DNA from: an uncultured bacterium
GTDB taxonomy: Bacteria > Omnitrophota > Omnitrophia > Omnitrophales > Danuiimicrobiaceae
Assembly: GCA_964373885.1 (NCBI GenBank)
Contig: CAYJWM010000002.1
Location: forward strand, 2,189 to 66,188
Length of the DNA stretch: 64,000 bases
Direction of reading: 5' to 3'
In this document: positions 35,623 to 44,827 of the stretch, in pieces
Position numbering within the stretch: position 1 is the stretch's first letter
How the letters are laid out: every line of letters starts with the position of its first letter
Notes under the pieces: model-generated
The model's database searches: none
What the model saw: the letters and a program-made list of their open reading frames with translations, nothing else
Told to the model about the DNA's origin: nothing
Position numbers and translations under genes: made by a program

Positions 35623-36600
35623 ATGGACGTCAGCGTGATCGTTTCCACTTACAACCGTGCGGACAGTCTGCGGGATGCGATTGAAAGTCTCGCCGCTCAG
35701 CAGGCCGGCAATTGTTCTTACGAAATTATTGTGGTGGACAATAATTCAAGCGACCAGACCAAAAGGGTGGTGGCCACGTTCAACGGAAAAGTACGTTACC
35801 TTTTTGAGCCCAAGCAGGGTTTGTCGTATGCGCGCAACGCCGGGATTCAGCAGGCCAAAGGGCAGGTGATCGCGTTTACGGATGACGATTGTGTAGCGGA
35901 CCCGAATTGGGTGGCTTCGCTTTGGGCCTGTTTCCGGGAGACGCGCGCGCTCGCGGTAGGCGGGAAAATCGAACGTCTGTGGCATTGCGAGCGGCCCGAT
36001 TGGCTTACCGACGAACTTTTGGGACCTTTGATTGTGCAGGATCTGGGCCCCAAGCGCAAGATTTGGGACGCAAAAAACCGGCATATGATCGGCGCCAATA
36101 TGGCATTCCACCGTTCTATTTTCGAACGCTTCGGGTTATTCAAAGAGGAATTGGGCCGGAAAGGGGATTTACTGATCGGCGGGGAAGACCGGGAAATATT
36201 CCGGCGGTTGTTTGAAAGCGGCGCGCCGATTTTTTATGAACCGAAGGCGGTCATCCATCATAAGGTTGAGGAAGCGCGCCTAACGAAATCTTATATGAGG
36301 CAGTGGTTTTGGGACATCGGCAAAACGCTTGGCCATCAAATGCCTTGGCGCTGGTCCCGTCTCTTCAGCGTGGCGCCGATTTGGGTTTGGAAGAATTTCG
36401 TCTGCACTCTGGTGAGATTTTTTAGATCGCGGTCCCGGTTTGAGACCACAGAGGCCGTTCAATTTTCAAGCGAGGTATGGACACTGCACTATGCAGCTAT
36501 GATTTCTGAAACATTTGCGCACTGGCTTCCGTTTGGATTCGGAAGAAAGTGGTGCGCATTTAGAGCACCTAATAAAATCAAAGGAGAAAACAAACAATGA
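35623..36600 (+). CDS. Glycosyltransferase family 2 (short type), copy b
   Basis: MDVSVIVSTYNRADSL, IIVVDNNSSDQT, FTDDDCVA. Paralogue of 30023-30940. Confidence 0.85.
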   Translation: MDVSVIVSTYNRADSLRDAIESLAAQQAGNCSYEIIVVDNNSSDQTKRVVATFNGKVRYLFEPKQGLSYARNAGIQQAKGQVIAFTDDDCVADPNWVASLWACFRETRALAVGGKIERLWHCERPDWLTDELLGPLIVQDLGPKRKIWDAKNRHMIGANMAFHRSIFERFGLFKEELGRKGDLLIGGEDREIFRRLFESGAPIFYEPKAVIHHKVEEARLTKSYMRQWFWDIGKTLGHQMPWRWSRLFSVAPIWVWKNFVCTLVRFFRSRSRFETTEAVQFSSEVWTLHYAAMISETFAHWLPFGFGRKWCAFRAPNKIKGENKQ

Positions 36601-37604
36601 ACACACAAACAAATCAACCCACTGTGACGGTGGTGATCGTACCGAGGGAAAGTTTTAACATGTTCGTGGATGTGGCCAAGCGGATTTACGATGTGACGTC
36701 ACCCATCTTCAACATGTTGATGATGGAGGGTCATGCGCCCGCCAATCGCAGAAAAGACCTTGAAGATTTTGCCTCGAGCCATCCGAACTGCAAAATCATC
36801 TATTCCAATCGCTGGAAATATCCGCATGAAATGGTCAATGACGCGATCCCTTTGATTGACACCAAGTACGCGGTGTTTATCGACAATGATGTGGAAGTAT
36901 TGGAAGGTTGGCTTGAGCATTTGGTGAAAACGGCGGAAGAGAAAAATGCGCACTGCGTTCACCCGATTTACCTCACGGTGAAACTGACAGACCCTTCCCG
37001 GAAAATCCATATCGCCGAGGGAAAATTTTACAAAGAGAAACGCGGGGACAAATGGTTTATCGATACGGTGGCCTGTTATTCGGGCACCCGCCTTGAAGAT
37101 TATCCCGGCAAGGAAGCCAAAGAAAGCGACTTCTTTGAATGGCACACCGTGATGTTCAGTAAGGAGCTTTTGGACAAAGTAGGCCTTCTTGACGATTTGA
37201 ATGTGGCCGAGCACTTGGATTATGCGCTTCGCATTCATCAGGCGGGCTACAAAATTTGGCTGGAACCCAAAGCGGTTGTGGCGTACGACTACGGCCGCAT
37301 CTGGGAGCTTCGCGGGGCGGACCGGGAGTATCTGATTTGGCGATGGGATGTGAACAGGGCCGGCAAATCGCATGAACGCGTATGCCAGAAATGGAATTTG
37401 GATCCGGAGTGCACCTTGCGCCGGCAGCATTTTGTAAAGGAGCATAGCGCGAAGATGCGCAGCATGAGATTGATGCCGAGAATCGTCAATAAGCTGCGCC
37501 GGACGATCGGGCTTGGAAATATACCGATCAATGTCGGGCCCAAACCCGAGACGGTATCGCAGAAAGCGCAGGATGAGCATCTGGCTTCGGTGCATAAAGG
37601 TTAA
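36597..37604 (+). CDS. GT-A fold (GT2-like) glycosyltransferase, copy b
   Basis: VTVVIVPRESF and VFIDNDVEV. Paralogue of 27999-28988. ATGA overlap with the upstream gene. Confidence 0.6.
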   Translation: MNTQTNQPTVTVVIVPRESFNMFVDVAKRIYDVTSPIFNMLMMEGHAPANRRKDLEDFASSHPNCKIIYSNRWKYPHEMVNDAIPLIDTKYAVFIDNDVEVLEGWLEHLVKTAEEKNAHCVHPIYLTVKLTDPSRKIHIAEGKFYKEKRGDKWFIDTVACYSGTRLEDYPGKEAKESDFFEWHTVMFSKELLDKVGLLDDLNVAEHLDYALRIHQAGYKIWLEPKAVVAYDYGRIWELRGADREYLIWRWDVNRAGKSHERVCQKWNLDPECTLRRQHFVKEHSAKMRSMRLMPRIVNKLRRTIGLGNIPINVGPKPETVSQKAQDEHLASVHKG

Positions 37605-39800
37605 ATGAAAAAGAAAATCTTAATTGCTGAATCGGGAAGCGGATACGGGGGTTCGGCCAAGTATTTGGCGAATCTTCTGCCGCTCATTGACCACAAGCGG
37701 TTTCAAATCGAGATCGCGGCCTACGGGAGCGGTCCATTTATTCAGCGAATTAAGGGCGAGGGGGCGCGGGTGCATTATTTTCCCAGGTGGCGGTTTCCGT
37801 GGAATTTTTTGGAGGGCTCCGGCCGTCCGCTCACAGGGAAAATAGCGTATCTGGTTTTTAGCTTGCTTCAGCTTGCGGTTTTAATTCCTTGGATTGCTTT
37901 TTGGCTCGCCAGAAAACGTTTTGAATTGATTCATATCAATAACGAAATCATCTCGCATTTCCCGCTTCTTTTGGCCGCCCGTTTGGCGTGCCTGAAGACG
38001 ATTTGTCACATGCACGGGTGGAGGCAGCTGACCGCCACGGAAAAATGGGCCAGCCGTTTTGTCGGCCAATTCGCCGCCGTGACTCAGTCCGGGGCTGATT
38101 TTTACAGCTGGCAGTTGAACGGGAGAAATGTGTTGGGAATTCCGAACGGCATTTCCCCGGATGAAGAGGGCTTGCTTGCGGCCCCAGACAGCCGCCGGAA
38201 TGAAACCCGAAAACAGCTCGGCATTTCAGAACGCGAGATTTTGGCCGTGATGGTGGGCAGATTGATTCCGTTGAAGGGGCATTTTGTTTTCTTTCAGGCG
38301 CTTGCGAAAGCCAGGAAAAATTTCCCCCTGTTGCGCGGTTTGGCGGTCGGAAATGATCCTTCGCCGAGGGGCGAATATCGGAAGAAATTGGATGAAGAAT
38401 TATCCGCGCTCGGAATTCAAGATCAGGTTCAATTTTTGTCCTGGCAGGACCATATGGGACCCATTTATGAAGCAAGCGACATCATTCTTCAGCCATCGGT
38501 TGATCCGGAATCATTCGGGTATGTGGCGCTTGAGGGAATGCTGGCCGGAAAGCCGGTGATCGCAAGCCGAATCGGCGGGCTCCGCGATGTGGTGAAGGAA
38601 GGTGAGACGGGGTTTTTGGTTGGGGCGGGGGACCCGGGGGAGCTCGAGTGCGCCATTTCGAGGATTGCCGGAGACCGGAACCTTGGTTTTCGATTGGGCG
38701 AGCAAGGCCGCGAGCGCGCCAAGACGGTGTTTACAATGGAACGCAACGCAGGACAAGTCATGGAATTGTACCGCACGCTCCTTGACGCTCCCCAAGAAAA
38801 CGGCCGTTTCAAAGCGAGACAATTTGCAAGCCGCATCGTGAAGGAAGTAATCGTGCGCTCCGGCTCCATTGAAGCGATACGTCAAACGGTAAGTTCCAAA
38901 GTCCCCATCTTGATGTATCACCGGATCTCAGCCGAGAAGGACCCTTTTTTTCCCGCCATTTCTTACGGCACTTTTTTGAGCCAGATGGAATATGTCAAAC
39001 GCCATTACCGCATTATTTCCATGGACCAATTGATGGACCGTTGGAAAGCCAAAGAGCCGGTTCCGCGCGGAAGCTTGGCGGTTACCTTTGATGACGGACA
39101 TGCGCCTACCTGGTTGCTGGCTTATCCCGTCCTTCAAAAATTGGAAATACCGGTGACCATGTTTTTGGCCACGAATACGCTTCGGGAAGGTGATTTTATC
39201 TGGACTGATCTTTTGCGCTGGTGGTTTAAATTGACTTCTCTAGATTCATACGCCGTTCAGCTGAACGGAACGTACGGGGAATGGAAATTGGACACCGCTT
39301 CCCGCCGGCTTACGGCCGCTTCCGAAGTTTCTGAAAAACTGAAGACTTTTCCAAACATCGAGCGCCGGCGGATCATGGAACAGCTTGGAAAAGAACTGGG
39401 GATCGGATACGCCGAACTTCCGCGTCATTGGTCGCTCACCCTTGAAAAAATCAATCACATCGGGAGAGGGGGCGTTCAATTCGGCGCGCACACGCAGACC
39501 CACCCCATTTTGACCAGAATTTCAGAAGAGGAAGCGAGGTCTGAAATTTTCGGATCCAAAAAAGAGCTGGAAGCTATTTTTCAGGAACCCGTCCGGCATT
39601 TCGCTTATCCGAACGGGGAAGCCGGCGATTTTGATGAGACGCATGAGCGGTTGATTGCCGAGGCCGGTTTTGATTCGGCTTCTTCCAGCATCCTGGGTCT
39701 TAATGACTCCGGCACGAATCCTTACGCCCTTCGCCGTGTTTATGCGGCCGAGGAGCCCATCGCTCGATTTGCCTGCCGCTTGGCGGGAGTGGGAAGTTGA
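37605..39800 (+). CDS. Fusion: GT4 glycosyltransferase + NodB-type polysaccharide deacetylase
   Basis: The N-terminal half carries ESFGYVALEGMLAGKPVIASRIGG (GT4). The C-terminal half carries ILMYHRI, VTFDDGH, AHTQTHP and FAYPNGE (CE4/NodB motifs). Confidence 0.8.
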   Translation: MKKKILIAESGSGYGGSAKYLANLLPLIDHKRFQIEIAAYGSGPFIQRIKGEGARVHYFPRWRFPWNFLEGSGRPLTGKIAYLVFSLLQLAVLIPWIAFWLARKRFELIHINNEIISHFPLLLAARLACLKTICHMHGWRQLTATEKWASRFVGQFAAVTQSGADFYSWQLNGRNVLGIPNGISPDEEGLLAAPDSRRNETRKQLGISEREILAVMVGRLIPLKGHFVFFQALAKARKNFPLLRGLAVGNDPSPRGEYRKKLDEELSALGIQDQVQFLSWQDHMGPIYEASDIILQPSVDPESFGYVALEGMLAGKPVIASRIGGLRDVVKEGETGFLVGAGDPGELECAISRIAGDRNLGFRLGEQGRERAKTVFTMERNAGQVMELYRTLLDAPQENGRFKARQFASRIVKEVIVRSGSIEAIRQTVSSKVPILMYHRISAEKDPFFPAISYGTFLSQMEYVKRHYRIISMDQLMDRWKAKEPVPRGSLAVTFDDGHAPTWLLAYPVLQKLEIPVTMFLATNTLREGDFIWTDLLRWWFKLTSLDSYAVQLNGTYGEWKLDTASRRLTAASEVSEKLKTFPNIERRRIMEQLGKELGIGYAELPRHWSLTLEKINHIGRGGVQFGAHTQTHPILTRISEEEARSEIFGSKKELEAIFQEPVRHFAYPNGEAGDFDETHERLIAEAGFDSASSSILGLNDSGTNPYALRRVYAAEEPIARFACRLAGVGS

Positions 39801-39801
39801 C

Positions 39802-40944
39802 ATGCTGAACATTGTGCGATTTTCTGATTTATCGGAATTGCAAGCCGTTAAAACCGAGTGGGAAGAGCTTCTTGCTCAATCGCCTCGTGCGTCTGTTTTC
39901 ATGACTTGGGAATGGCTTGTGACCTGGTGGGAAGTTTACGGCGGGGATCATGAGCTTTGGTGGCTTGTGGCCAGGAATGAGGGCGGAAAGGCGGTAGGCG
40001 GGGCGCCCTTTTATGTGAGAAAACATCAGAACGGGCTCGTGCTTCCGCACCGCGAACTCCGGTTTGTGGGGACGGGGGCTGCTGTGTCCCCCGAGCATTT
40101 GGACATAGTGGCCCTGGCGTCACATGCCGGCGAGGCGGTAAAAAGCTTTGCCCGATATTTAGCGGATCACTTTTCGAAATGGGATGTTTTGTCTTTGGCG
40201 GATATAAGCGATCCCTCGGCGCTTGCATTCCAACTTGCTCAGGAATTGCGAGAGAAAGGTGCGGGCGGATTAGCCGAAGAGCAAATTCCGGGCGCCTCTT
40301 ATGTTCCGCTTCCCGTCTCGTGGGAGGGTTATTTGAAATCGCTCGGAAAATGGATGAGGCGGGACATCATACGCGGGAGGAATAAATTAAACCGCGAGCA
40401 TCAAATTCGTTTCCATGTCTGGTCTCCGTCCGACGGATCGTTAGAGGATGCATTTCAAGAATTTCAAACGTTGTTTGCGGCCCGGAAGGAAAGCACTGGT
40501 TTTGGCAACAAATTTAAATCCGAGAACGGATATCAAAAATTTCACCGTCGCCTGGCCGAAAGATTTGCCGAGCGCGGATGGCTTTATTTGGTATTTTTAA
40601 GAATCCATGGAAAAGCAGTTGCAGCGGAATATACCTTCAAATATTTAAAATCACTTTATTCCTATCAAACCGGTTTCGACCCTGCTTTAGGGAAAGAAAA
40701 TGTCTTTAAGGTATTGAGGAGCTATGCGATCGAGGATGCCATCCGCCAAGGGCTCGTCAAATTCGATTTGCTGCGCGGCGGGGAGTCTTACAAGCAGGAT
40801 TGGAAGGCGATTCCCAGAAAAAAATACAAGCTCAAATATTTCAGCCCCACGTTTTACGGGCGGACATTGAATGGGGTTCTGCGTCTGCGCCGCTTCGGGG
40901 CTCAAACAGTCAGAAGGTTGGGGCTGGCCGCCCCAAAAGGGTAA
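39802..40944 (+). CDS. FemAB/CelD-like GNAT-fold acyltransferase (PEP-CTERM-locus femAB type)
   Basis: Start at ATG 39802. EWEELLAQSPRASVFMTWEWLVTWWEVYG is the CelD/BioF2-like N-terminal signature, and the C-terminal FDLLRGGESYK fits as well. Confidence 0.65.
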   Translation: MLNIVRFSDLSELQAVKTEWEELLAQSPRASVFMTWEWLVTWWEVYGGDHELWWLVARNEGGKAVGGAPFYVRKHQNGLVLPHRELRFVGTGAAVSPEHLDIVALASHAGEAVKSFARYLADHFSKWDVLSLADISDPSALAFQLAQELREKGAGGLAEEQIPGASYVPLPVSWEGYLKSLGKWMRRDIIRGRNKLNREHQIRFHVWSPSDGSLEDAFQEFQTLFAARKESTGFGNKFKSENGYQKFHRRLAERFAERGWLYLVFLRIHGKAVAAEYTFKYLKSLYSYQTGFDPALGKENVFKVLRSYAIEDAIRQGLVKFDLLRGGESYKQDWKAIPRKKYKLKYFSPTFYGRTLNGVLRLRRFGAQTVRRLGLAAPKG

Positions 40945-42473
40945 TGATGATGCAAGGAGCGTCCGGTTTTGCCGATTCACCTAAGCCAAAACAAAAAATG
41001 GGGGCCATTTTTTTGATGACCGTCATGGCGTTGGCCTTCAGCTATATTATTTTGAAAGATTTTATTTTTCCTTCTTGGCTGATGATCGCAGCGGTGATGG
41101 TAGGCGGCATGTGTTTGTTCGGAGCCGGCATCAATAAACCGGAAGTGATCATTTACGTGTTGGTGGCCTATTTGCCGTTCAGCAAGGTGCTCGCCGGCGA
41201 TTTCGGCGGGTTCGCCATGGCTTTGAATCTGACGAATTTGCTGATGCTTTTTATCTTTTTGGTATGGATGAGCGGAAAATTTTCCGCCGGCGAACCGCTT
41301 TGGCTTTCCACGCCTTTGAATTTGCCGATCGTTTTCTTTACCCTGGCGGGCTGCGTTTCCGTTATCCGGGGGAATTATTTCGGGTCTGATTATTTTTGGT
41401 TTGCAATCGTGGAATTCAAACGGTGGATCACGCCCATCCTTTTGTATTTTTTGGTGCTCAACACCGTCAAGGACCGCGGCACCATCCGGAATGTGGTGAC
41501 GATTATTATCATCGTTTCCACGGTCGTGGGGCTGATGGCGATTTATGATTACATAGAGGTGGGGGATGTCAGTTTGGAAAAAGCGCGCATCGGCGGCATC
41601 GCGGGGCATTCCAATTCGCTGGCCGCATTTTTCAATTACTATATTTTTCTTCCCCTCGGATTTTTCTTATTGAATGCCCATCGGTCCCGGTATTGGCTCC
41701 TGTGGGTGCCGTTTTTGATTCAATTCCGCGGCATTATGGTCACTTTTTCGCGCGGCGGTTATATCGCTTTCGCTTTCGGTCTGTATGCGATCGCCTTTTT
41801 CCGGCACAAAGCGCTTTTTACTGTGCTCTTGCTCGCCGCTTGTCTGGCGTTTCTGAACCCCATTTTTCTTCCGGCCGGTATCCGCTATCGAATGAGCCAA
41901 ACCTTTACCAAACCCGTCAATTACGCAGACGCGGTCGTGAGTCCCAACCAAACAGGTGAAGCCCTGGACGGAAGCGCCCGCGGCCGCATTGAAATTTGGA
42001 AGGGGGCGCTTCGGATGATTCAGGAACAGCCGGTGTTCGGGGTCGGGTACGGGCTTTTCTTTCCCTTGATTCGTTATTATTGGAAGGGCGGTTTTTCAAT
42101 TGATGCGCACAATACCTATTTGATCATTGCGGCTGAGATGGGGATACCGGCCCTGCTTATTTTTTTGCTCATTATTTTGATCGTGACGTGGAACACCTAT
42201 GTGCTGTATCGAAGGACCAAAGATTCGTTCACCAAGGGGCTTGCCCTCGGGTTTTTGGGCGGCCTTTTCGGATTGATGATGAGCAATATGTTCGGCTCGC
42301 GCCTGGATTCCCAGGAGGTATCCAGTTATTTTTGGATTTTATCCGCTTTGATCATGAGATTAAGGATTTTGGAAGCGAAAGAGGGGAATTTGGCCCTCGC
42401 AGGGGGACGTCCTAAAAAATTGGACGCCGTTTGGAACCGCGGGACAGAAATTCATGAGGCGATGCCATCATGA
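40944..42473 (+). CDS. O-antigen ligase/Wzy-like polymerase family membrane protein, copy a
   Basis: Start at ATG 40944 (TAATG overlap). Polytopic. Wzy_C-like motifs: MVTFSRGGYIAFAFGL and AHNTYLIIAAEMGIPAL. Confidence 0.75.
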   Translation: MMMQGASGFADSPKPKQKMGAIFLMTVMALAFSYIILKDFIFPSWLMIAAVMVGGMCLFGAGINKPEVIIYVLVAYLPFSKVLAGDFGGFAMALNLTNLLMLFIFLVWMSGKFSAGEPLWLSTPLNLPIVFFTLAGCVSVIRGNYFGSDYFWFAIVEFKRWITPILLYFLVLNTVKDRGTIRNVVTIIIIVSTVVGLMAIYDYIEVGDVSLEKARIGGIAGHSNSLAAFFNYYIFLPLGFFLLNAHRSRYWLLWVPFLIQFRGIMVTFSRGGYIAFAFGLYAIAFFRHKALFTVLLLAACLAFLNPIFLPAGIRYRMSQTFTKPVNYADAVVSPNQTGEALDGSARGRIEIWKGALRMIQEQPVFGVGYGLFFPLIRYYWKGGFSIDAHNTYLIIAAEMGIPALLIFLLIILIVTWNTYVLYRRTKDSFTKGLALGFLGGLFGLMMSNMFGSRLDSQEVSSYFWILSALIMRLRILEAKEGNLALAGGRPKKLDAVWNRGTEIHEAMPS

Positions 42474-44827
42474 AAAAAATCCATATTCTTTATCTGATCG
42501 ACAAGCTGACGCCGGCGGGAACCCAGCTCAATTTGCTTGAGATCATGAAGCGCCTGGACCGCAGCTGTTTCGAACCCCATCTGATTGCTTTGGTTGAGGG
42601 AGGAGAGTTAGAGGAGGAGTTTCGTGTGATCGGGATCGAGCCCGTGGTGTTACGGGTCGGGAAAGTGTACGGGCCGTCCGGATGGAGGGCGCTTTTGTTT
42701 CTCATTCGGTATCTCAAGGAAAAAGAAATTGACATCGTGCAGACCCATTTTCTGCACGCAGACATTTTGGGGACGATTGCGGCAAGGCGGGTGCGGGGCG
42801 TCAAAATCGTTTCGGCCAGGCGCGATGAGGGATTTTGGCGGACCAGACGGCAGCTTGCTGTGAACCGGTTTTTCAGCCGCCGCGCGACATGTTTTCTCGC
42901 CAATTCCTCGGCGGTCCGCAGTATGGTGCGCCAAAGCGAACAGGTGAGTTCGAGACAAATCGAAGTGATTCACAACGGCGTGGATTTGGACAAATTCTTT
43001 CCTTCCCCCGATTTAAGGGCCGCCATCAGGTGCGAATTCGGGATCCAAGAGGATGAGTATCTCATTGGGATGGTGGCCAACATGCGCCATCGTGTGAAGG
43101 GGCATCGCTATTTAATTAAGGCCATTTCCCATCTGAAAAAAGACATTCCCAATGTGAAGCTTCTCTTGGTGGGCGACGGGCCGCTCAGGTCTGATCTGGA
43201 AGGTTACGCCGTCCGGCACAAAGTGATGGACCGGACTTTGTTTGTAGGTGTGCAGCGCGACGTGAGCGCTCTCTTGAATGCGATGGATGTGGTGTGCGTG
43301 CCGTCGCTTTCTGAAGGTTTTTCCAATACGATTCTGGAAGCGATGGCGGTCGGGAAGCCCGTTGTGGCGACCCATGTGGGCGGGAATCCGGAGGCCATTT
43401 TAGACGGCGAGACAGGATTTTTGGTCCGGCCGCGCGACGAGAGAATGATTTCTGAAAAATTGCTTTTGCTTTTCGAAAACCGCAGTTTTCGAGAAGAAAT
43501 GGGCAGGGCCGCGCGCCGGCATGTTCAAAGTGAGTTCCGCATGGAAAAGATGATCCATGAATATGAATCGTTTTACACCAAGCTGTCGACCGAACCCAGA
43601 CGGGTGTGGCGGAGGTCCAAAAAACATCATGTTCTCAAGACCGAAGAAAAGGCGGAACAAAGCCCCGCCGCTCTCGGCCCGCCCTCTTTTGATACGCTTT
43701 TCGAGCTTCATGGTTTCCACCGCTTCCGCGTGCTTTATTTGATTTGGTCGCTCGATTTGGGCGGCGCGGAGCGCGTGGCGGTGGATCTCGCAAAAGGCCT
43801 GAACAACAGGATGTTCAAACCCAAAGTTTGCTGTCTCAATGACAAGGGAAGATATGCCTCGCTTTTGGAGCGGCGCGGGATCAGGGTATTTGCGCTTCGC
43901 AAGCGGCCCAAGTTTGATTTGTCATTGATTCCACGTTTGGTCCGATTGATCAAAGAGGAACGGATTGACCTGATTCACAGCCATTTGTTCGGTGCCAATT
44001 TATGGGGCCGCATCGCGGCTCACTTGGCCGGCATTCCCATTGTTTGCACGGAACACGGAATGGATGCTTGGCGCACACCTTTTCATCTGACCTTGGACCG
44101 CCTGCTTGCGCCGATCAGCAAGCGGGTGGTGTTTGTTTCCCAGGCCGTGAAAAAATTTTATCAGTCCAAACATATTTCCCTGAACGGGAAAAGCCGGGTG
44201 ATTTACAACGGCATCGATTTAACCCATTTCGGAAAAAGTTCGGATCTTTCGTCTATCCGTTTGGGACTGGGGCTCGCCGGCACACAGAAGGTGATCGGAA
44301 TTGTCGGCCGGCTCGTGCCGGAAAAGGCGCATGACGATTTTATCCGCGCCATTCAGTTGCTTGCACAAAAACGCGACGATGTGGTCGGACTCATTGTGGG
44401 TCATGGCGAGCTTTTGGAACCGCTCGCGAAACAAGTCAAAGACGCAGGACTGGAACGCCATGTGATTTTTACGGGGCACAGAGACGATTTAGCCCAGCTT
44501 TATCAAGCGATGGATGTGTTTGTGCTGTGTTCTGAGCGGGAGGGTTTTCCGCTGGTGGCGCTTGAGGCGATGGCTTCTCAGGTTCCGGTGGTGGCCACAG
44601 CGGTAGGCGGCATTGGGGAATTGCTTAAGGATCACGAAACCGGACTGCTCGTTCCTCCCCGAAATCCGGAAGCGCTGGCGGGGGCCATTTCAACGGTTTT
44701 GGAGAATGGGGATTTGAGGGAAAAATTGGTGAACAATGCCTATCAAGAAGTGCGCACTTATTTCGGCACGGAACAAATGGTACAAAATTACGAATCGCTT
44801 TATCAGGAAGTATTAGCGTCATGTTAA
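42470..44827 (+). CDS. Tandem double GT4 glycosyltransferase fusion
   Basis: Two complete GT4 modules. Module 1 ends with EGFSNTILEAMAVGKPVVATHVGG, and module 2 ends with EGFPLVALEAMASQVPVVATAVGG. A roughly 40-aa basic linker joins them. Confidence 0.85.
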   Translation: MKKIHILYLIDKLTPAGTQLNLLEIMKRLDRSCFEPHLIALVEGGELEEEFRVIGIEPVVLRVGKVYGPSGWRALLFLIRYLKEKEIDIVQTHFLHADILGTIAARRVRGVKIVSARRDEGFWRTRRQLAVNRFFSRRATCFLANSSAVRSMVRQSEQVSSRQIEVIHNGVDLDKFFPSPDLRAAIRCEFGIQEDEYLIGMVANMRHRVKGHRYLIKAISHLKKDIPNVKLLLVGDGPLRSDLEGYAVRHKVMDRTLFVGVQRDVSALLNAMDVVCVPSLSEGFSNTILEAMAVGKPVVATHVGGNPEAILDGETGFLVRPRDERMISEKLLLLFENRSFREEMGRAARRHVQSEFRMEKMIHEYESFYTKLSTEPRRVWRRSKKHHVLKTEEKAEQSPAALGPPSFDTLFELHGFHRFRVLYLIWSLDLGGAERVAVDLAKGLNNRMFKPKVCCLNDKGRYASLLERRGIRVFALRKRPKFDLSLIPRLVRLIKEERIDLIHSHLFGANLWGRIAAHLAGIPIVCTEHGMDAWRTPFHLTLDRLLAPISKRVVFVSQAVKKFYQSKHISLNGKSRVIYNGIDLTHFGKSSDLSSIRLGLGLAGTQKVIGIVGRLVPEKAHDDFIRAIQLLAQKRDDVVGLIVGHGELLEPLAKQVKDAGLERHVIFTGHRDDLAQLYQAMDVFVLCSEREGFPLVALEAMASQVPVVATAVGGIGELLKDHETGLLVPPRNPEALAGAISTVLENGDLREKLVNNAYQEVRTYFGTEQMVQNYESLYQEVLASC

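Noticed and set aside
36699-37595. 298-aa minus-strand ORF. Similar long antisense ORFs occur at 45253-46152, 50165-51127, 33039-33737, 6314-7024, 40977-41609, 48657-49304, 53770-54396, 56909-57577, 59473-60171 and 18999-19580.
   Set aside because: Each lies fully antisense to a plus-strand gene with clear catalytic motifs. Their translations are Arg/His/Pro/Phe-rich with low complexity and carry no recognisable motifs. These are shadow ORFs.
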